The notes below the pieces were generated by a model. The model saw only the letters and a program-made list of their open reading frames with translations, was not told the DNA's origin and searched no databases. A DNA stretch of 64,000 bases from an uncultured Clostridia bacterium (GTDB lineage Bacteria; Acidobacteriota; Aminicenantia; UBA2199), in NCBI GenBank assembly GCA_964628035.1, contig CAZVPI010000005.1:83048-147047 (forward strand), written 5' to 3'. The position numbers were made by a program, and so were the translations under genes. Each line of letters opens with the position of its first letter. Position 1 is the first letter of the stretch. This document shows positions 57,155 to 64,000 of the stretch, piece after piece.

Positions 57155-57817
57155 ATGTTCGCCAGCCATCCCGTGAAACGTTTCTCCGTCGTGCTGTCGC
57201 TCCTGGCCCTGGTCGCCCTGGCCGCGCTGCTGGCGCAGCTGGGAGAGACCAACCGCAACTACGAGCGGGCCCTGTCCCACGTGGGTTACCTCCAGGCCCG
57301 GCTGGCCGAGTCCCACGACCGGGTCGTGGCCCTCAACCAGGAGCAGCTGGCCCAGCAGGCGCGCGCCGAGCGCCTTGACCTGCTGGAGTTCAAGAACGCC
57401 ACGTTCCGCAAGAGATTCCCCGAGTTCTCGCGCATCACCGAGGTCGTTTTCCGCAAGGCGCAGCGCTACGGCTTCCATCCCAATCTGGTGCTGTCGGTGA
57501 TCCAGGTGGAGAGCGCCTTCAATCCCCTCGCCGTCTCGGCCGCAGGCGCCTGCGGCCTGATGCAGGTGCATTACGCCGTCTGGAAGGACGAGTTGGCGAT
57601 CGACAGAAGCCGGCTCTTCGACATCGAGTACAACATCGACCTGGGGCTGCGCATCCTGAAGCAATACTACGACGAGTCGGGCGGCAACCTGCGCCGCGCC
57701 CTGTTCCTGTACAACAACGGCTACCTGTACAACAACACCCGCTATGTCGCCCAGGTGGACGCCTCGCCCTTCAACCGGGAGCTGCCGGAGCCGGGCGGCA
57801 TAGGGGTCAGCCATTAG
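57155..57817 (+). CDS. membrane-anchored coiled-coil lytic transglycosylase (SLT domain)
   Basis: TM helix, IQVESAFN, GACGLMQV, YNNG. Confidence 0.85.
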   Translation: MFASHPVKRFSVVLSLLALVALAALLAQLGETNRNYERALSHVGYLQARLAESHDRVVALNQEQLAQQARAERLDLLEFKNATFRKRFPEFSRITEVVFRKAQRYGFHPNLVLSVIQVESAFNPLAVSAAGACGLMQVHYAVWKDELAIDRSRLFDIEYNIDLGLRILKQYYDESGGNLRRALFLYNNGYLYNNTRYVAQVDASPFNRELPEPGGIGVSH

Positions 57818-57870
57818 GGGGACGTTAGAGGGCAGGCGTCAGCCGCCAGCAAGGAACTCGGCGGACGAAC

Positions 57871-57911
57871 AGTGAGGCGTGATGCGTGATGAGAAAAGCC
57901 AAAGGGCGAAC
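57871..57911 (-). repeat. CTCATCA-heptamer dispersed element, inverted relative to 55501-55543
   Basis: AGTGAGGCGTGATGCGTGATGAGAAAAGCCAAAGGGCGAAC. Confidence 0.7.
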
Positions 57912-58001
57912 CAGCAAAAGGGATGGGTAATTGGCGATGGGAACGGCAAAGCTCGATCCAGGGCTGCTGCCGTACGCCGTAGGCCTTACGCCTAGCTCGA
58001 T

Positions 58002-58520
58002 TCAATCTCGCTTCATATGTCTTTCTCTGAGGCGCATGAAAAAATCGAGATAGCCCTGGCTCTTGAAGTCGGGATAGGTCCAGGGCAGGAAATGGAAGCG
58101 CCCTTTCTCGAAGACGAGCTCCAGCTGGGCATAAACGCCGTCGGCCAGGGGGACGCGATGGCAGTGGTTCTTGGCGGTGGCGATGATGACGCTGGCGGCC
58201 GTGAGGTAGCCCGGGTCCAGGTTCACCCTGCGGCGGCCGTTCTCCGCCATGTCCGTCTCCAGGCGCATGGCCGCCATTTTCAGCTGCGGCAGCCACTCGG
58301 GCGGGCGCTTGGGCGCGAAGGAGACGAAGCGCCGGAAGAGCGGCTCCCCCATCTCGTCGCGGTAGTAGGCGCTGGAGACGAAGGGAAAGGGGCCGCCGCC
58401 CAGATCGACCGCCGGCGCCAGCATTTGCAGGCGGGCGACAGCCTCCTCGGCGTCGTGCTGGCGGCCGTACAGCAGCCCGCAGAAGAACGACGCAGGCTGG
58501 AAGAGGCTGCGCGTCGACAC
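58002..58520 (-). CDS. DUF4416-like protein
   Basis: YYRDEMG, RRVNLDPGY, ATAKN, HRVPL, PWTYPDF; GTG start. Confidence 0.75.
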   Translation of the reverse strand: MSTRSLFQPASFFCGLLYGRQHDAEEAVARLQMLAPAVDLGGGPFPFVSSAYYRDEMGEPLFRRFVSFAPKRPPEWLPQLKMAAMRLETDMAENGRRRVNLDPGYLTAASVIIATAKNHCHRVPLADGVYAQLELVFEKGRFHFLPWTYPDFKSQGYLDFFMRLRERHMKRD

Positions 58521-58543
58521 CGGGCCTCCCTGCCCGCGGCGGG

Positions 58544-60802
58544 CTACTCCTGCCAGCCGAGGACGAAGAGGCGGCCGTTGAGGAAGGCCGCCGCCCTCTT
58601 CTTGTCGGGCGAGACCTGGTGCGGCGCGCCGGCCAGCGAGACCTGGCGGTTGGTGTAGTTCCCGTCCCCGTCCAGCTTCAGCATCTCGCCGGTGCAGGTC
58701 GTGACGGTGACGGCCTCGCGGTCGGAGATGTCGAGGATGGCGTCCAGGTCGCGGCGGGCGCTGATGCGCGTTCGGTGAAAAGGCGAGAACTGGACGATCT
58801 CCAGGATGGTTTCGCTGAAATAGAGCGACTTGTTCCTCTCGAGGAGCAGGTACAGGGCCCCGTGGTCGGGGCTGAGGACGGCGGCCAGCACTCCCGAGGC
58901 GAGCTTGCGGTACAGCAGGGAGCGGTAGTTGAACTGGAAGAGGTTGCGCTGCTTGTCGCGGGTGATGGCCAGGATCTCGTTCGTCTCGGGGAGAAAGGCG
59001 ACAAGTTCCAGCTCGGCGTAGTACTTTTCGCCGAGGAACATGGTCTCGTCGAAGCGGAACAGCTTCCGGCTGCGGGCATCGTAGGCCCAGGCCTGGAAGG
59101 CGTTCTTCAGGTCGGAAAGGACCAGCAGGAAGTGCTCGTCGCCCGCGGCGAAATGGATGCGCATCTCCTCCGAGGAGGTGATGTCGAGGCGCGTCCCCTT
59201 CTCCAGGATCTTGGCCACGTCCTCGTTGGCGCGGGCGGCGTCGGCGACGGCCACATAGCGGCGGACGAGGGGCAGCGGCACCCTGCGCAGCGCCTCGCGC
59301 CCGCGCAGCGGAACCCAGCGGTCGCCGGCGTAGGAGTAGCTGAACACGGCGAGGGCATGGTCGGGATAGATGGGCGTGCGGCGGCCCAGGCTGCCGGCGA
59401 CGGAAAACGGCGAACTGAAGGCCAGGTCGGCCAGGGCGGCGTCGGCGACGTAGGCCACGGCGCCGTTCTCGCTGAAGGCCACCTGCACCCGGGCCATGTC
59501 GAGCGCATAGCCGACCACCGGCTTCAGCCGCCAGCCGCCCCTTTCGCCGATCAGCGTGTACAGGTACACCTTCTCGTTCTCGAGGGCGGAGGTGGCCAGG
59601 ATGATCCTGTCCCGGCTCGGGGAGGCAAAGATCTCCTGGGCGCTGCCCTCATACTCGAAGGACTTGATCGGTTTCAGCGTGGCGGCGTCCAGGACGGTCA
59701 GCCTCTCCTTCTCCCCGCTTTGCAGCGGCCCGGCGACCGCCAGGCGGTCGTTGCCCAGCCACTGGATGCAGCGGGCGGCGAAGAGGGGGAACGATGCGGG
59801 TTCGATGAAGCGGAACTGGGTGGGGAATTCACGCTTCAGCTCCGCGGCGGGCACGCCGCTGAGCAGGGCGCGCTGGATCCAATTCTGGACGTTCGCCTGC
59901 TTGTCTCTCAGGTGGAACAGGCCGAGCAGCCGGTTGACAGCGGGATGCCAGCGGTCCTGGGCGAACACCTCGTACAGGTACTGTTCGGCGCCGCGGTCCT
60001 TCAGCCGCACCAGCGCCTCGGCGAAGGTGAGGCTGTATTCCAGGTTGTAGCCGGAAAATTTCAGCTTGGCCAGCAGCGACCGGGCCTTGCGCGGGTCGCC
60101 GGCGGCCAGCAGCACCTGGGCGCGCAGCAGCTGCGCCTCCTGGGAATCGGGGCGGACGGCCAGGGCCTGGTCAACGAAGCGGGAGGCGGGCTCCAGGTCG
60201 CGGGCGGCCAGGGCGGCGCGGGCGGCCAGGAAGGAGAACTGGAAATTCCTGGCCGCCGCTTCGGCCAGGGGGCGCATGAGCTCAAAGGCCTCGCCGGCCC
60301 TGCCGGTCCTGAGCAGCAGCCTGCCCAGCAGGACCTTGAATTCGGGCAGGTCGGCGAAGCGCAGGCTTTTCTGAAAATAGTCCTCGGCGACGGGATAATT
60401 GCCGCGCTGGAGATACTCCTGGCCCAGGCACAGGTAGGCGGGGGCGAACCCCGGGTCCATGCGCACGATCTTGTTCAGGTTGTCGATGGACAGCGAGTTC
60501 CTGACGTCGCTGTTGGCCAGGCTGATCCCGACCAGCGACTCCAGGGAACGATGGTTGCTTTCGAGATAGTCGCGGAACTTCTTCGTGGCCTCCCATTTGT
60601 CGCCCTGGAAAAGCAGGCTGAAGCCCAGCTTCACCGTCGCCTGGCGCACGCGGTTGAAATGGGCGTCCAGGTTCTGGCGGGCCAGGTCCAGGTCGCCGAT
60701 CAGGTAATAGGCGATGGCGCGGTTGAAGTCGTCGCTGGCCCGCGCCGGCAGCACGGCCAGCATCGTCAGCATCAGGACAGGAAACAGGCTCGCTTTCTTC
60801 AT
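58544..60802 (-). CDS. exported TPR-repeat protein with beta-rich C-terminal region
   Basis: signal peptide; TPR-like helices (AYLCLGQEYL, QEAQLLRAQVLL); beta-strand repeats afterwards. Confidence 0.75.
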   Translation of the reverse strand: MKKASLFPVLMLTMLAVLPARASDDFNRAIAYYLIGDLDLARQNLDAHFNRVRQATVKLGFSLLFQGDKWEATKKFRDYLESNHRSLESLVGISLANSDVRNSLSIDNLNKIVRMDPGFAPAYLCLGQEYLQRGNYPVAEDYFQKSLRFADLPEFKVLLGRLLLRTGRAGEAFELMRPLAEAAARNFQFSFLAARAALAARDLEPASRFVDQALAVRPDSQEAQLLRAQVLLAAGDPRKARSLLAKLKFSGYNLEYSLTFAEALVRLKDRGAEQYLYEVFAQDRWHPAVNRLLGLFHLRDKQANVQNWIQRALLSGVPAAELKREFPTQFRFIEPASFPLFAARCIQWLGNDRLAVAGPLQSGEKERLTVLDAATLKPIKSFEYEGSAQEIFASPSRDRIILATSALENEKVYLYTLIGERGGWRLKPVVGYALDMARVQVAFSENGAVAYVADAALADLAFSSPFSVAGSLGRRTPIYPDHALAVFSYSYAGDRWVPLRGREALRRVPLPLVRRYVAVADAARANEDVAKILEKGTRLDITSSEEMRIHFAAGDEHFLLVLSDLKNAFQAWAYDARSRKLFRFDETMFLGEKYYAELELVAFLPETNEILAITRDKQRNLFQFNYRSLLYRKLASGVLAAVLSPDHGALYLLLERNKSLYFSETILEIVQFSPFHRTRISARRDLDAILDISDREAVTVTTCTGEMLKLDGDGNYTNRQVSLAGAPHQVSPDKKRAAAFLNGRLFVLGWQE

Positions 60803-60840
60803 CGGCTACCACGCGTCGATTATAGCACAGGAGAGAGGTG

Positions 60841-60929
60841 CCACGTACCATGCACCACGTACCACGGACCGTGTTGAAAGCCGACTTTATCAAGAACAAG
60901 TTCTCGGTCACATGGTACTTGGAACATGG
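60841..60929. repeat. inverted CCACGTA/CCATGCA heptamer arms
   Basis: CCACGTA CCATGCA CCACGTA CCACGGA at 60841-60868 against CATGGTA CTTGGAA CATGG at 60911-60929. Confidence 0.6.
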
Positions 60930-60964
60930 CGCCTCGATGTTCTGCTAATTTCTGCTTCGCGTAG

Positions 60965-61810
60965 CTACAGCCCCCAGTTGAGCTTCTCGTTCAGCAGCCG
61001 GTAGTAATTCGTCCCCCGGGCGGCCAGCATGGGCAGCCGCTTGGGATAGACGCGCACGAGCACCTCTTCGCCGACGTCCAGCGGCATGGCCGTCTGGCCG
61101 TCGAGGGTCAGGCAGGTGTCCATGTGCGGCGTCAGCAGCCGCAGGCCGATGGCGGCGCCGTCGGGGACGACCAGGGGGCGGAAGGTCAGCGAATGCGGGC
61201 AGATGGGAGTGATCACGATGCCGTTCACGTCGGGGCTGACGATCGGGCCGCCGGCCGCCAGCGAATAGGCCGTGGAGCCGGTGGGGGTGGAGAGGATGAC
61301 GCCGTCGCCCTTCATCTCGGCCAGGGTGTCGCCATCGACGGTCAGCAGCAGCTTGACGATGCGGGCGATGGCGCCCTTGTTGATCACCACGTCGTTGAGG
61401 GCGGCGTAGGCCGCGCCCTGGAAGTCGACCTGCAGGAGCTTGCGCCAGGAAACGGCGGCGCCGCCGTCGAGGATGCGGCCCAGCTCCTCCGCCAGCGCCT
61501 CCTTCTTCATGGCGGTCAGGAAGCCCAGGGTGCCGAGGTTGAAGCCGGCGACCGGCACCTGGGCCTCCACCGCCTGGCGGGCGATGGAGAGGAAGGTCCC
61601 GTCTCCGCCCAGCACCACGATCAGGTCGGCGTGCCTGGCCACCTCGTCGCGGCGGCAGCCGCCGGAGCTGTCCAGCAGCCCGGCGGCGGTCTCCTCCAGC
61701 ACCACGGAGACGTTGCGCCCGGCGAGAACGTCCAGGGCCTGGCGCAAATAGTGGGCCACGTCGGGATGGGGCTTGGCGACCACGACGGCGCGCTTATACG
61801 GTTTCGGCAT
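60965..61810 (-). CDS. nadK: NAD kinase
   Basis: LGGDGTFL, NLGTLGFL, LNDVVI, DGVILSTPTGSTAYSLAAGG, DGQ. Confidence 0.95.
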   Translation of the reverse strand: MPKPYKRAVVVAKPHPDVAHYLRQALDVLAGRNVSVVLEETAAGLLDSSGGCRRDEVARHADLIVVLGGDGTFLSIARQAVEAQVPVAGFNLGTLGFLTAMKKEALAEELGRILDGGAAVSWRKLLQVDFQGAAYAALNDVVINKGAIARIVKLLLTVDGDTLAEMKGDGVILSTPTGSTAYSLAAGGPIVSPDVNGIVITPICPHSLTFRPLVVPDGAAIGLRLLTPHMDTCLTLDGQTAMPLDVGEEVLVRVYPKRLPMLAARGTNYYRLLNEKLNWGL

Positions 61811-62582
61811 CGGCGATCATTGTATCATCAATGGAGGAATTTTTCCCCAGGCCGAGGAGGAAAAAATACTCCTGGTTGCCCCGGCGCCCCCTGACCCCGG
61901 CCGGGCACCAGGCCAGGACGGCGAAATCGAGATCCTCGATGCGGCGCTTGAGGCGCAGCAGCACGTCCCGGCGGGCGTCCGCTTCGCGGATCACCCCTCC
62001 CCGTCCGACCCGACCCCGCGGCGCCTCGAACTGGGGCTTGACCAGGGCCAGGATGCGGGCGCGGGCGAAGGGGCGCAGCACAGGCAGGATGGCGGTGATG
62101 GAGATGAAGGAAAGGTCCATCACGACGAGGTCGGGCTCGAAGGGGACGTCCTCGCGGGCCAGGAAGCGGGCGTTCTTTTCCAGCAGCCGCAGGCGCGGCT
62201 CGCGGCGCAGCCTTTCATCGACCTGGGAGACGGTCACGTCGACGCCGAGGACCTGGGCGGCGCCGCGCTGCAGGAAGAAGTCGCTGAAGCCGCCGGTGGA
62301 GATGCCCAGGTCGAGGACCCTCAACCCGGGCACGGCGATGGCCATTTCCTCGACAGCCCGGGCGATCTTCAGCGCCCCCCGCGACACGAACGGGCTCCGC
62401 GCCGCGAGGGCCACGGCCTGTCCGGCCGCGACCTTCAGGTCCGCCTTGTCGGCCCTGCGGCCGTCGACCCGCACCTCGCCCGCCATGACCAGGGCCCGCG
62501 CCTGTTTCAGGTCGCGGGCCAGGCCCCGCCGCAGCAAGGCGTCGTCCAGCCTCTCCTTCTTGCCTTCGCCCTTGCTCCTCAC
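61794..62582 (-). CDS. tlyA: TlyA-family rRNA (cytidine-2'-O)-methyltransferase
   Basis: S4 domain ERLD, VSRGALK, DLGISTGGF, DLSFIS, VKPQFE, GNQEY; GTG start. Confidence 0.93.
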   Translation of the reverse strand: MRSKGEGKKERLDDALLRRGLARDLKQARALVMAGEVRVDGRRADKADLKVAAGQAVALAARSPFVSRGALKIARAVEEMAIAVPGLRVLDLGISTGGFSDFFLQRGAAQVLGVDVTVSQVDERLRREPRLRLLEKNARFLAREDVPFEPDLVVMDLSFISITAILPVLRPFARARILALVKPQFEAPRGRVGRGGVIREADARRDVLLRLKRRIEDLDFAVLAWCPAGVRGRRGNQEYFFLLGLGKNSSIDDTMIADAETV

Positions 62583-62629
62583 GGCGCCATCATAGTCGAA
62601 GGAATTCCGGCTGGCAAGCGGGCCCGCCC

Positions 62630-62658
62630 TTGACTCCCCATCGCGGCGGGGATACCAT
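62630..62658 (+). promoter_or_regulatory. promoter TTGACT-N17-TACCAT
   Basis: 17-bp spacer upstream of the AGGAGGAG RBS. Confidence 0.6.
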
Positions 62659-62700
62659 TTTCCCGGTTCCGGCCCGGCCCGGGAGCCCCAAGGAGGAGCG

Positions 62701-64000
62701 ATGCGCCTTTTCCCCGTCCTGCTGCTGTCCCTGGTGCTGCTGTCCCCGTTGCAACCGGCGTGGGCCGCGGCCAGAAAGATCGACCTGCTGGCGACGCTGG
62801 GGCTGAAGGTGAACGCCGCCGGGCCGCTGCTGGTGCGCCTGGACGAGGCGCGCAACCGGCTGGTGGTGGCCAACACCCTCAGCTCGTCGCTGACCCTGGT
62901 CGACTGCGCCGGTGCCGCCGTGCGCAACGTGCCCCTGGCCGCCCGCGTGCCGCAGCACCTGAAGTCGGAGGCGCTGGCCGTCGACCGGCGCACGGGCAAC
63001 GTCTATGTCCTCGGCGAGCGCACGCTGGAGGTGGTCTTCGCCGGCCAGGGGACGTCGCGCTCGTTCGCCACCGGCAAGCAGTTCGAGATGGTGGCCGTCG
63101 ACGAGGCGACCGGCAACGCCTTCCTGGTCGGCCGCGAGAGCCGCGACCTGGCCTGGGTGGAGCTGAAGACGGGGCGGACGCGGCTGGTCCGCTGGTGCGA
63201 GAGCGAGGAAAGCGCCGCCAACCTGAACCAGACGCCGCCGCCGCCCCTGCGCAAAGTGGTCTGCGACAGCGACGCGCGCCTGGTCGCGGCCGTCGACGGC
63301 TTCACGTCCACCCTGCACCTGTTCGCTGCCGACGGCCTGCGCTTGCTGCGCAAGAGGACGCTGGCCCTGGAGCCGGGCGGCCGCTGGCATTTCGCCGGCT
63401 ATGCGCGGCGGGGGAAATCGCTGCTGCTGGTGAAGGAGACTGCGGCGCGCAAGGTCGTCCAGGCGGCCAAGGTCCGCCTCGGCGCCGGGGACGATGTGCT
63501 GGTCCCCCTGCCGGGCCTGAGCGAGGGGGTGGGCATCGTGTACAGCGAGGAGCGGGACGAGCTCTACATCCCGTATGACAACCATCCCAGCCTGCACGTG
63601 GTTGATTTCGGCCGCGGCGGCGCCCTGCACGAGATCAAGCTGCCTGCCTACGGCAACGACGCCACGGCGCTGGCCGGGGACACGCTGTACGTCGCCAGCT
63701 GGGCCTGGGGCGAGATCGACCAGGTCGACCTGGCGTCGCGCCGGCTGCGGCAGCGCTTCCTCGAGGTCCCGGTCCTGCCGCACATGTTCAACATGGCCTT
63801 CAACCCGGTTGACAACAGGCTGTACATCCCCCTGGGCGCCACGGCGGTCAACGGCGCCTTCGGAGCGGCGGTCACGTTCTTCGATCCCGCCACCAGAGAG
63901 ATGGGAAAGATCCGCACCGGCTGGGCGGCGCGGGAGCTGATCCAGCTGCCGGGAGGCGATTTCCTGGCCTTCAGCAGCGAGGACCAGATGGCGCGCATCG
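62701..64000 (+). CDS. exported YncE-like beta-propeller protein (partial, runs off the window)
   Basis: AGGAGG RBS, signal peptide, repeated LAVD/VAVD/AFNP blades; frame open to the window end; missing from the ORF track because it has no stop. Confidence 0.75.
   Translation, partial: MRLFPVLLLSLVLLSPLQPAWAAARKIDLLATLGLKVNAAGPLLVRLDEARNRLVVANTLSSSLTLVDCAGAAVRNVPLAARVPQHLKSEALAVDRRTGNVYVLGERTLEVVFAGQGTSRSFATGKQFEMVAVDEATGNAFLVGRESRDLAWVELKTGRTRLVRWCESEESAANLNQTPPPPLRKVVCDSDARLVAAVDGFTSTLHLFAADGLRLLRKRTLALEPGGRWHFAGYARRGKSLLLVKETAARKVVQAAKVRLGAGDDVLVPLPGLSEGVGIVYSEERDELYIPYDNHPSLHVVDFGRGGALHEIKLPAYGNDATALAGDTLYVASWAWGEIDQVDLASRRLRQRFLEVPVLPHMFNMAFNPVDNRLYIPLGATAVNGAFGAAVTFFDPATREMGKIRTGWAARELIQLPGGDFLAFSSEDQMARI

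Noticed and set aside
27799-58537. KOPS-like GGGNAGGG polarity around dif
   Set aside because: By-eye examples occur in both orientations right of dif (for example near 31793, 44387 and 56526 against 35178 and 49830), so no polarity can be claimed without counting.

Overview
GC-rich bacterial chromosomal segment made up mostly of housekeeping genes. Gene content and protein style suggest an Acidobacteriota/Ca. Aminicenantes-like organism, which is an inference only. Every gene from 1 to 29064 is on the + strand: metF-metH, phoH-7TM-HD-ybeY-CBS-era, a histidine kinase, ppiD, OPT, lipA, slt, ddl, ruvX, mltG, pgeF and two ABC permeases. Every protein-coding gene from 29164 to 50823 is on the - strand: parB-parA, der, ispF, PIN-TRAM, radA, dnaB, rplI-rpsR-rpsF, pth, rplY, prs, ispE, a lolB-like gene, an APC permease, an RND efflux operon with TetR, and tag; tRNA-Gln also lies on - here and tRNA-Leu on +. 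The two blocks converge on a 28-bp XerCD dif-like site at 29124-29151. A divergent parA-parB pair ends 12 bp from that site, which suggests a terminus-linked ParAB-like system, and an 18-bp perfect palindrome lies upstream of the pair. Other oddities: pth appears to start at ATT, ispE reads through the whole tRNA-Gln gene into an ATGA overlap with prs, uvrB carries an in-frame hairpin-containing insert, several genes look leaderless, and intergenic spaces hold dispersed heptamer (STRR-like) inverted repeats. No CRISPR array, rRNA, transposase or integrase was seen. All calls come from reading the sequence and motifs; no database searches were run.
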